From positions 5,952,001 through 6,016,000 of the forward strand of contig NC_134028.1 of the NCBI RefSeq assembly GCF_964204645.1: DNA of 64,000 nucleotides. Reading direction: 5' to 3'. Within the stretch, counting starts at the first letter, position 1. The number at the start of each line of letters is the position of its first letter. A program made the translations under genes and the position numbers. Source of the stretch: Tubulanus polymorphus. Its lineage: Eukaryota > Animalia > Nemertea. Below, piece by piece: positions 1 through 14,334 of this stretch. A model generated the notes under the pieces. That model was not told the DNA's origin. It saw only the letters and a program-made list of their open reading frames with translations, and ran no database searches.

Positions 1-135
1 GTTGTGGCATTAAGATCTTTGCCCACAATATGGTGGTCAACGCGGTGCATTTGGTGAAGAAAAAATGAATTTTGGGCGATAGCGTCGAATGAGATCTATA
101 TATCGCGAAACAATCAAACGGAAACGTCGTAAAAT

Positions 136-3488
<3,353 letters not shown>

Positions 3489-5076
3489 AATTATAGAGTC
3501 AATTTTCGTACAACACGTTGACCACGTATTTGAAATTGCTTTGAAAAATGTATGAGTCATTTTTTAGCGGTGATCATAAATCGGGTCAAAAATGCGCATC
3601 TGTTTTGATTGTGTGTGTCGACTGGTGCACGTTGTTTGAATTGGAGAAAGTGCAAATATTTTCAATAGTAATGTAATATCTCGGGGTTGTTATGAGTGCA
3701 CGAATGAAGATTTTGAGCGAGAATTTTGAATAAGTCTATACGATTTGATTACTCTATAGGAGGCTATTTTCTTTGATCTGGTTATTTATCGCGTTATAGC
3801 GTTTTATCATATATAATACATATTCATATAACATATATATGTTAATATTATTATATCGTAAACTGTATCGGTGCTTTGTATTCGCCCGCGTTTAAAACAA
3901 CAACAAATATGATACAGTAAACACGTAAAGGCGCAGGTTGCTATTTTTACTGTCAATAATCAGATGATACCAGAATGATACAGTTTCACTGTGTTTATAT
4001 ATCTGAGTCTGTGGAACAAGTCGCGTGGGCTCTGAAACCATCTTAAGTTTCAATCCATATCTAAGTTGCTATTTAGCAGCTGATTAGTCCCAGCGCCGCC
4101 GACAGCATATTGAAAAGTTTGTTCATATAAATATTGTTCTTTTTTTTGTTTTCGTTGTTTGTTAAGCTATGTACATCGAATATATACATACGTACATATA
4201 GGGATCAGGAAAAAGTTGGCATATATAACGGGAAATATAAGCATTCTACAAATTTAAAAAGTTACTGCGGTTCTATCTGTGTGTTTACACTAGTACACAG
4301 ACTGTCATCGATTTTTCAACGCTTTTTGTTGAATTTACTATATTGTTACGTGTCAGTCGATTGGTACATTCCCATTTATTTTTCAACAGAGTGTAAAGAA
4401 TTGAAAAAAAATCCTGAATCGAGTGTCCCCCTTGTGATTCGTATGCGAATATTTATATAATTATGTATATGGTTGAATTTGAATACGCATTGCAGTCATG
4501 ATAAGTATAGGTATATATACTATGTATATATGCCTATACGTGTATGCTTAGCCTATTTAATCAATCAAACAATCGTTTGTAGACTTAATGTTTTGCTTTA
4601 AGTATTAATTAATTGCCGAAATGTTCCCAATGATCCTTGTGCTTCGCAATATTAGAAGGTGCGAACGCGACCGTGCTTTGTATGATAAAAATGTCGATTT
4701 TTAAACTGAAATACTAGACCCTACGAGAACACTCAGTAATCTACACCGAAAGGCATTTATATACACATTGTTAACTACCACGTTATTTAAGCTATATATA
4801 TAAACTATTTATACATTCAAAGGGGTTAGTAGTTGCCCTATATTGTAAGCTTTAACTATGGTGTGGAACGTTGAAAAATACTCTAGACCCTATAGGCTTC
4901 AGGCCAAAAGTATTGTCAGGAATTTTTGAGTGTAAATATTTTTCAAGTTGTCGATGATGGTGTCGAGGTATAGCTCTCGGGTGATAGTGCGATATTCAAT
5001 ATTGGTGAATGTCTTGTATTTTTGGAAGTAATCCATTTGTGGCAAACAATCAAATAAAGTTGATCTCTTTTATGTC

Positions 5077-5612
5077 TTAAAAACTTGAGATACAAACAAA
5101 TAATGGTATGTCCTTTTTATTTTTTCCATTCCTCGCGAGGATATGGGTCCAGACTGGAGCCTTGGAGCACGAGCTCCCAATCGCACTTTTGAAAATCGAT
5201 TGCATTTTTATGGCCTGCGCTGTTTTCATTTCTGGAGGCGGTTGGTTAACTTCGCGTACAGCGGATATAATTATGGAGTTTTTTGGTGAGCTTTCCGAAA
5301 ATGCTACTAAAGTTGAAAAACCATGAGCACAAGGAGCACGCGCTCGGCCCGTCGCAATTTTCCAGGTGCCATTTTGAAAATCCAATCACACTACTTATCA
5401 GGGCACTTTATCTTTCTGCAAATGATAAATGACAGCAGCCTGTAGCACTATCGTTAACTTACATGGGCCTCAAGTTCCAGGAAATCTGTGAAAATACACT
5501 GTAAATTAAAAGAATAAATTTCCAGCCCATTTAACGGTGTGAGCTTTCCCATTTCTCAAAGTCTGCCCCTGGATGACCGCCCCTGCATTTTCAAAATACG
5601 TTGACCACCTAA
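5077..5612. mobile_element. Probable non-autonomous DNA transposon fragment (Kolobok-like end)
   Basis: GC-richer block between genes ending ...GTTGACCACCTAAA, resembling a TTAAAGGTGGTC-type terminus. No matching opposite TIR found. Confidence 0.3.
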
Positions 5613-5923
5613 AAGCGGCTTATGAGTTGATTTTTCGCGCGCTTTTGTGAAGGCGCGAAAACAACCTAGCGTGATCGTGATCAACCTAGCGTGTTCGAAT
5701 CCCGGAAATTGGGAAATTTAATCCAAAACCGTGATTTATGGACGACTACTTAGAAATTCTAGATGGCGCCAGTGAGTGGACAACCAAAATAAACTCGTCG
5801 AATTATCCAAAATCAAGGAAATATCATTGAAATAATGTGAACATTATCCATGTTTTTGATGTAATATCCTAATTGACGGTTTTTAATTGCTGTTAATTGT
5901 TGCTATACCTGTCGGGTGTAAAA

Positions 5924-7733
5924 ATGGACAAACTCAGCATCATTTCAGGAGCCCTTTTTCTGGCCGCTGATATTTTTGCTGTAATGAGTCTGGCCATGCC
6001 GTATTGGATAGTATCAACTATTGGAGGTACATGTTTTTATGCTCTCCTTCAATATTTTTAGGTTTAGACTAGGAGCGACTACTGCAGTTTAGGTGTCCTA
6101 CTTAGTAAAGCCCGTCACCGATTTAAATAGGCATACACTGCACTGCGGTGTAGGCGCATACTGCAGTGTGAAAGGGTTACCAATGTTTAAACACAGGGGT
6201 TTGGCGATGGGCTTGGATTTTACTTCCGGGTTGTTGATAATCTCGCGAGAATGGCGCTAAATATGAACTGCCAATAAATTCAAAATATCACGGAAATACC
6301 TTGTGTTTATGTTGATTATTTATCCGCTATAAAGTTTCGATAAACAATTGGTTGTTAAGAATCATTATCAGACGGTCGTCACGCTACTATATAAAATTAC
6401 TATAATAAACTATATAGTGATTTTATATAGAGCGTCACGACCGTCTGATGATGATCCTTAACGACCACTTGTTTATGGGAACTATTTAGCGGATAAATAA
6501 ACAATATAAACACAAGGCATTTCCGTGATATTTTGAATTTATTCGCAGTTCATATTTAGCGCCATTCTCGCGAGATTATCAACAACCCGGAAGTAAAATC
6601 CAAGCCCATCGCCAAACCCCTGTGTGTTTAAATAGGGAATGTTGTAATGTTACAAGTTACACGCAACTCGGCCAAGCTAAGCATTTACTGGTCTCAACCT
6701 AACTAAGCCACTATTTTCAGGTGACACTTCTATTGGTTTATTGAAGACCTGCTTGAACGTACACGGACGCCCGGAAATTTGTTTTTCGCCGAAACCGATT
6801 CGCGGAGAGTGGTTGCTGACGTTTATTTGTATTCTAGCCGGCATTCTTCTAGTCACCGTCACTATTATACTTCTAGCCGTGTCGTATTGGAAATATTCGG
6901 TGATGAAATACGCCCGATGGCTCGGCTTCATGGCGAGTAAGTCATTCTAGAGAAACACCAGCGTCTACCGGTATATTTCATTTCAAGTGCACAGACTTAA
7001 CGCTGTGTCGATTTTACAAGTACATACCTTAAAAAGGTGTTCAACTGATCAGGATGGACAGGCAGCTTAGATACAGCATATAAATTCAGCCATTTTGTCA
7101 ATTATTTTCAGTTTTAAGTATCAAATGTCTATTAATTTGAAATAAAATAGACATTTAGGATCATGACTGGTAGACTGATATATTAATCTCAGTATTCAGA
7201 GTTAATGAACAAAACCAACAGTTGACGATTTAACAATTTATTCCGACAGTTTCGAAGTATTGATTAAACTTCATCATCAGAGAAACCAAAAAAGAATCAA
7301 CCGTCATTATTTAGCTTTCTCTGATGCTGAAGTTAAGTCAAAACTTTGAAATGTTTCAAAACTATGAGAATGAATTGTTAAATCATGTGAGTTTTGCTCT
7401 GATTAGGACCATGATTAGGGCAAGGGTTGGGTCTATTCATCCCAATGTCACCATGTTCTATTGAATGCTTAAGAGGAAAGGCCACAATGTTCTACTGGCA
7501 CATTTTTCTAACATTAAAGCCTGTTCTTTCGTCGTTATTTTTCAGTGATATTATTTTGTCTGGCAGCCGTCATATTTCCGATCGGTTTCAACATGGATCA
7601 AATCGGGGGCGAACCGTACCAGTTGCCGAATAACTTTCAAGTCGGAATATCTTACATATTCTTCGTTCTCGCGCTGTGGATTACGGTCATATCAGAGTTA
7701 TTCGCTGGCAAAGTTTGTTTGCCGCATTTCTGA
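5924..7733 (+). CDS. MOSMO: Modulator of smoothened (C16orf52/ATTHOG) tetraspan protein, 168 aa
   Basis: Exons 5924-6026, 6721-6936, 7546-7733 in frame. N-terminus MDKLSIISGALFLAADIFAVMSLAMPYW and C-terminus FCLAAVIFPIGF..IGGEPYQLP..ISELFAGKVCLPHF match MOSMO. Confidence 0.92.
6186..6632. mobile_element. Palindromic fold-back element/MITE (~445 bp near-perfect inverted repeat)
   Basis: Arms TTTAAACACAGGGGTTTGGCGATGGGCTTGG... and ...CCAAGCCCATCGCCAAACCCCTGTGTGTTTAAA are complementary over about 215 bp each with a very short loop near 6405. Confidence 0.9.
7226..7385. mobile_element. Penelope-like remnant with inverted pair of minimal hammerhead ribozyme motifs
   Basis: Minus strand 7240-7285 reads TTCT-CTGATGA-T-GAAGT-ttaatcaat-ACTTC-GAAA-CTGTC-GGAA. 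A degenerate plus-strand copy lies at 7317-7352, and the outer arms GATTTAACAATT/AATTGTTAAATC are complementary. Confidence 0.55.
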
Positions 7734-7898
7734 GAACGTTATCTTCTATCGGTTTTACTGTCGCCGAGTATTTCGAGAAATCTGCGCGGACTTCGCTTTA
7801 TAAGTAACTATATAGCTATTTGTGATAAAGTCAAAAGACCTATTTATAATCGATTGTTATTTGTTCGTCGGCAAATCTTCTCACGTATTTAGAAAATA

Positions 7899-8702
7899 AT
7901 GTCGTTGTACGATTGCTGGAAACAAACCGTAGTAGAAACATTCGGTAAGAAATCCCGGCGCAAGGTGCACGAAATCGTCCGAAATGTCCTAGCGATCGAC
8001 GCGCGTTTAAAACCGGCGTATTTGTTCGACGAGCTGTTCATAACAGTCGAAACGATGTTCGAATTCTTGCAGAATCTCCGCCGGCGAAGTCTGCTACTCG
8101 TCCCCGACCCGGCGATCGTGCGAATCGACGACACTATATTCCTGACGACTGTCGCCGATTTGAAAACGCGATTTTTCGACGTCGAACGAGACGCGAATTC
8201 GACGTGTCGAATCGTCGATATATCCGACACGTTAGAATCACCTGTTGTTCTCGATTATGACGATGGCGGCAATGGTAAACGTATATTGGATACGTTTCGA
8301 AGGGAAATCCGAACAGCTTTCGAAACTTGTCGCGAAGCGGACGGTATTTCGATTTTAACGGTTCCATCCACGGCCGAATCGAATCGCTCTACGATGTTCG
8401 GAATGCTGCTAGGATATCCGGTCGTTTATTGGTATCGCGGATCCGACCCGTACGATTGTAAAACATGCCTCGATTGCGTTCCGCTCAGCGTTTACAAAGT
8501 CGACGTTGAATTCGAATTATTTTCTAACCTCAAACTGCCGACTGATTCGATTTATTCCTTCAGCATACCTCAGGCGTGCTCAGAGGCGGCGAAAGGACTA
8601 ATAGACGTGTGGTATAAACATTTACAAGTTAAAGCGGACGATATCGGTGCGAATATGAAGCTGACAGTTGATTCTGTTACCCTCGATAGCTTCGCTTTGT
8701 AA
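7899..8702 (+). CDS. C1orf74: UPF0739/DUF4504 protein, C1orf74 homolog, single coding exon, 267 aa
   Basis: Uninterrupted CpG-rich ORF with family motifs VLAIDARLKPAYLFD, STMFGMLLGYPVVYWY, CLDCVPL and IYSFSIP. Confidence 0.85.
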   Translation: MSLYDCWKQTVVETFGKKSRRKVHEIVRNVLAIDARLKPAYLFDELFITVETMFEFLQNLRRRSLLLVPDPAIVRIDDTIFLTTVADLKTRFFDVERDANSTCRIVDISDTLESPVVLDYDDGGNGKRILDTFRREIRTAFETCREADGISILTVPSTAESNRSTMFGMLLGYPVVYWYRGSDPYDCKTCLDCVPLSVYKVDVEFELFSNLKLPTDSIYSFSIPQACSEAAKGLIDVWYKHLQVKADDIGANMKLTVDSVTLDSFAL

Positions 8703-8810
8703 ATGTAGACCTCATTTATATAGCAGGTCCCTGCTGATCGGTCATTCCTGGTTAAAAGCAGTTTTGAATGAGAAAATTTTAAGGAAGTGTCTACATTCAT
8801 ATCCCAATTA

Positions 8811-8985
8811 CAGTAGACTCCTCCTTAATCGGTACTGTTTATCTATGTAAACCAGTAATTTATTGGTCTTGTAAACAAATTATTATCCTTTATACTAACT
8901 AAACTCGGTTTCCCATTCAGTTACCGTCTAATTGGGTAAAATAGATTCCTGGTCCCAACTGTACCGATTTAGGCTTAGTTTACTG
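8811..8985. mobile_element. Tc1/mariner-type MITE
   Basis: TA-CAGTAGACT...AGTTTACTG-TA. A related copy lies in reverse orientation at about 62433-62610 and a partial copy at about 14770-14840. Confidence 0.7.
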
Positions 8986-10641
8986 TACAACTACTAACAT
9001 TTCTTGCAGCTTATTTCTCTTAATTGGAGTCAATTTGCTCGAATACACATTTTCCATCTAGAAGGAGTTTTAAAAGAATCAAAAGAGTTGTAGGGACCCT
9101 GTATAAGCATATCCAATAGCAATGACTATATTGAAATTGACATCAAAATCAAATTCAACACCTTTGAAAATATCATGAGAAAACTCAAATTATACATTGC
9201 ATAATCATGTTTTGTCTTAGTTTATCTGAAATCTATTGATCTACATGTGAATGTTGTCGTAGTCCTCGATTTAAACCTTGTTTTCTGTTCTTTAACGAGT
9301 TCATTTTATGTACATATTGAATGTATTATATATATCGTGGTGCTATTTCACTCTGTATTAAAGTAGTTTTCATTGTAATGTTTTATATTACATGTAAACC
9401 TTTTTAGATATAAATGAATATTTGAAAACAATAAATCGATGACTTGAGTTTTGATTTTCTGATTTCTTCTGCATCTTCGAGAGTAAAATGGTTTTAAAAG
9501 ATCGAGGATTGACGCTTCAAACCGATAAATCTAACGAACTCGATATTTTTCATAAATAGAAAGTTTGCTTTATTTACAGATAAGTGAGCTTTGACAAGGT
9601 AAATAAATATGGTTTCTTTCAATTAGCGACTCTCTAGGTTTCGAAAAGAATAAATAAAGGTATAAAATCTGAATCGATAATTATGAAAGTATCTTAAGAA
9701 TGGTAGAACTCTGACATTTTTGGGCAAAAGATTCAAAACATTGCTTCTTAAAAGGAAGGAAATATCCACCATTCGAGCAGTAGAAAGCTTCACTCGTAGA
9801 CACGCCTAAAAAATATCCACATGTATGTACTCAAATTCATGGTATGCTTGTATTTAGTGGTTACCAGAACAAACTAAATTTTAATGCAAATGAAAACTAT
9901 CAGGACTCAGTTGTATTACAATCATTCAAACTGTACAGTAAAAATAGAAACAAAAAGATTACGGTGATCGCATTCAACTCACTACTGTGTAACTGGATCT
10001 TTTTAGTGTGACCTAACTGATAGAAGATATACACGACTAAAGACTTTAACAAATGATGGCTGCGTTCATAGAATCCCCAAAAGACATCACTGATTATCAT
10101 GGTAACATTTAAATCAAACAATAATTGGTAGTCAAATTGATCGTCATAGAATCAAGCCACTAGTCTTTTTGAGAATTGATGATGTTAAAGGGAGATTTCA
10201 TCGAGTTGGCCATCATTTTCTGGTACTTAAGTCTATTGGACGGAGATTATCATCATCACAGAGAACGTTGGCAAGAAATTTATTATGATATAGAACAGAA
10301 CATAAAGAAAATAATCAATACTCTCAACATAATATATTAATCATTATTATTAACTGTTACTATCAAGGCCAAGCAACGATAAACTTTTCAAGTTAAAATA
10401 GTTAATTCCGCACAGAAAAACAACGCATTGCCAAACAGTGAGTTATCATAAAATAAGTGCCCATTTTTACAATCGTAGTATATCTCGTGTGTGAAGTCTT
10501 ACATTTCTAACTAAATTGCTGTATTTTCGCTGCAAGGGTAACTGGCACTTGCTATGGGGAAGGCACACACAAATATTCAACATTCCATGACCAGCAAGGA
10601 AGTAGGGACGGGAAATGAATATATACGATTGGTTCATTTTC

Positions 10642-13486
10642 TTACTGATCGATTTTAACGAAAACTTTCGGACGCGAAAATATTCGGATAGCTTCTTCGA
10701 GTTCGGAGAGTTTAGCTTCCAGGTCGAGACGTTTGTTTTTAACTCTCATTGTGTCGGATGTTATCGGCAACATGTTCAGCTGAGTGATCAGAGCCTCTTG
10801 ATCTGAAATAAAATAAACAATTAATCAAAATATATGGACAATTGAGAATTGATATCCTGCTCGATCACTAGGACTCAATTCCACACAAGTGAGATAAATT
10901 TGTGTCTAATTATGGCCAAGGCCCGAACACAGGGGCTCGTATTTGGAGTTTGGGGGTGAACTGTAGCTTAGATCATCCAATATCCCTGGTACTATATATA
11001 TAAAAAGAAGTGCCAGTGATACTGGATGATCTAAGCTACTAACAATTCACCCCCAAACTTCAAATACGAGCCTTGTGGGCCAGAGCTTGTGGTCAATTTT
11101 CCATAACACTGGGTCACTTATCCTTCGGCACCAAGCATTAATCTATCATACTCTAAATCGATGTTAATGCCATTTAAACTCATCTTTGTGACGTACTTTT
11201 ACGCAGCAGTTCCAACGATTCAACTCTTTCTTTCTCATCCATGACCTTGTGACCGTCGGGAATAGTCGGGTCAGGAATTGAGTCAATTCGTCTTTGTTCT
11301 TCGTCAGCCATTTCTTTCTGCCTGTGAATCAAACTGTAAAGAGAACGTATAGTTAGTTCGGAATTGCAATGAATTTGTAGATATAGATTTATTGCAGGTA
11401 TCATGATGACTTTAAAGTATTCTAAGATTAAGTAGCACAGAGTTTTACTGTGAAGCGCAGAAAATAGAATTATTCCGAGTCCAGAATCATATCTTACTCA
11501 CAACTCACTGTGAACTGAAACTGGTATTGAAGTTTCTTGAATAGGCGACTTAACTAACTTGATTTAGATTCAAAGTAAAACGATCAATTTCATCGACTTA
11601 CTATTCGGGTACAATTCCTCGTCTGTACAATCTTTCATCATCGTTGTGTTTTTTCTTCAAATCGTCGAGAGCCGTCAAACTCGGCGCACGTTTCATATCG
11701 TAAAACTTGGCAGCGCGGCCGTTCACTTTGATGAAGTCGGTGTCTCGATGGAACATTTTCACCTGTAACATCGAAAAATAGATAACAATACGTCAAAACA
11801 CATTAAGATAAACCTTTTTCAATTATGCTTGTATAGAAGAGAAACTATCTACTTTTTCTTTCGATTTCCAGCTTTTGCTTAGCCCTTCTGACAGGCAGAC
11901 ATTTTCTACAGAGAAAATTGTGTCTTCCAGAAGAACACAGGTTTGGAAGGATAGGAAGAGTAATAGTAGATTAGCCACACTCTGACATGGAAAATAGATT
12001 TTATGATTAAAGCCCACTATGTACATACCGGGTAACTAAAAGATTACGATAAAAAATTTATTATTCGAAACAAAATTTTTTAAGAATTAATTTTGCTTTC
12101 AATCTTTTAAATTTGTACATAGTGGATTTTAATCGTATAATGCAGTAGGCTGATAACAATTCGATATCAGAAAATAGAAAGCATGACGGAATAAGGCTTA
12201 CATCTTTAGCACTTTCAGCAGTTGGTACGGAACGTCTTTCCGCTGAATGTAACCTCAGTCTGGGAGTGACGCCTGCACCGCGAGATGGTGGTCGCGATGG
12301 CGGACCAGCGCGCGAATGAGCGCGCAGGTAATTAGCTGAATGTGGTCTCGGTGTGTTCGGCTCTTTCTGCGTGTGATAGAAAGAAAAAAATACATACATT
12401 TATCAAATCACTCGAAACATTTCCTGAATCGATGAAGTCAGGCCAAGTTTCTACTCAATTTATATGAACATGCATTTCAAAACTAGATATTAAAAGATTT
12501 GGTCATTGGCTTTCAGTGCGAGAATGAATTTTAAAAAAATAAAGCCACCATAGCATCACAACTAAAACAAACTTCATCCTTGAAAATAGTATATTAGCAC
12601 GATTGATTTCGCTGAGTCACTTCAACCTCATCGGGTATAACGCATGAAATGAACTATGCCCTTCAGTACATCGTTTATTTCAAGGATGAAGTTTGTTATA
12701 GTAGTGATTCTGTTGTGGTTTTATCGATCGTTCAACTCTCTAACCAATGAATTACCTTTATCTCTTCGCCGACTTTCGACGGAACGTTCGCATATTTCTC
12801 TGATTTCCATAATGCTTTCACTGGTTTCGGTTGATCTTCGATCTGTTGTTTTTGTTGTTGTCGGCTGATCCTTTGAACGCGACGCATTCGTTTAACATTT
12901 TCAGCGATGTGATCCTTCGGCGGAGATTCTGTGAAAAAATGGAAAGTAATGAGTTCTCTTGCAATGACACATTCATATTTAGATAAACATATACATTAAC
13001 AGCTTTTAAAGTTCTTCAGCTGTGAGTCTAATTGAGAGACTCATTGCTGATTCTTGTCGAACGTGCTTTCCTTCATATTATTCAATTCACAGTTTTTCAA
13101 TGCTACATTTCAAAGAAGAAGGTACATTCTAAATAGATAAGAGATGATTTAGCAATGCCTAAAATGCTCAGAATGCGTGAAAATGGGACTAATTTTTCAA
13201 AATTATCAGCAGAGCATCCCCTTTGAAAATCCTGGATCCGCCCCAGGTATCTGAAGGAAAGACAATAAATAGACTTACTAAATTTCGGTTTCGGGCCAAT
13301 TTGTGTTCCTTCCAACTTAAGCATCAATCCAAGGGTTCCTTTAGTGCCAAGTTCAGCATAGTTACGCGCCTCAGGTCGATTTCGACCGGCTGGTTTTTCG
13401 ATGTACTCCGATTGCGGACGCGAATCATAATAAGGATGAGGCGGTATAGGTCCTTGCACATTCGACGTCCAACCACCAGACACCAT
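10642..13486 (-). CDS. ENKD1: Enkurin domain-containing protein 1, 6 coding exons
   Basis: Exons 13486-13279, 12928-12756, 12366-12202, 11762-11602, 11333-11197, 10802-10642 in frame. N-terminal GPIPP motif, KDHIAENVKRMRRVQ, C-terminal enkurin domain (GIVPEYL..PDPTIPDGHKVM..LEEAIRIFSRPKVFVKIDQ). Likely non-coding first exon ends at 13682. Confidence 0.9.
10934..11072. repeat. ~140 bp palindromic element (MITE-like) in last ENKD1 intron
   Basis: GGCTCGTATTTGGAGTTTGGGGGTGAA... pairs with ...TTCACCCCCAAACTTCAAATACGAGCC. Inner arms TAGCTTAGATCATCCA/TGGATGATCTAAGCTA also pair. Confidence 0.85.
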
Positions 13487-13699
13487 TTTAAATTTGAGAA
13501 TTTGTCCTGGCCCTGATTGATGGACGGAGTGAGAAGGAAAACAGTGAATTTGAATGTGTTCTACAATCTATCAAAGGAAAATACTGCGTTGAATTCGATT
13601 TTTAACAAGTAAAGATTAATCACACCTTCTCTATATGGTAATATTAGACCGAAAACGTGCCTAAAATAACCAGATACTTACCACGAAATGAAAAAATCC

Positions 13700-14334
13700 C
13701 TTCAAGCGTCACAATTTGTTTACTTCCGGGTGTCCACAAACCGGAAGTACACCAATTAGCGTTTCTTTTAATAAATAATTTAGAAATACTGATAAAAGTT
13801 TATTCAGATTGATTAAAAACTTAGTAGATGATTCAGTGGCAATACATCTATTCTAATAGATGTTCGGTTAAATTGCAGGTTAGACGGTGGTAAGTCATAT
13901 TTGCTACATAGCAACCGGTAGCCATTTTGATTGTTTACAAATGGCCGCCAGCAAGTGGTTGTAATTTCAGAGCTCCAATTACTGAAAATGCTCGTTACAA
14001 CGATAGGAAAGTTGAAATTCGATGTGAAAGGTGTTTACCACATAAAAACTACTTCAATTTAACTAACTGCCACGATGTCGAGAGCAGCCGTGTCTAAATC
14101 TCGCGCAGAGAAGACAAAAGGTGGACAAAATGCACCAACTCCAGCAATTGCACACGAAATTGTACCCGGAAAATATACCGATCATGACTGGTAAGCATAT
14201 AGAAACTTTTTAAGCATTTTTAGGCAGTTAGCTTGTATCAGGGTTGCTATGGCCGTCAGATGCTCCTTAAAAGGAACTTATACGTTGTTCTCTAGCAACT
14301 ACATACAGACAGGCTACACAGTTGCCAAGGTGAC
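13700..14334. promoter_or_regulatory. Bidirectional ENKD1/C2orf81 promoter with RFX X-boxes, ETS and YY1 motifs
   Basis: X-box-like TTGCTACATAGCAAC (13901-13915), GTTGTTCTCTAGCAAC (14284-14299) and GTTGCCAAGGTGAC (14321-14334); inverted ETS pair ACTTCCGG/CCGGAAGT (13722-13748); AAATGGCCGCC near 13939. Confidence 0.7.
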
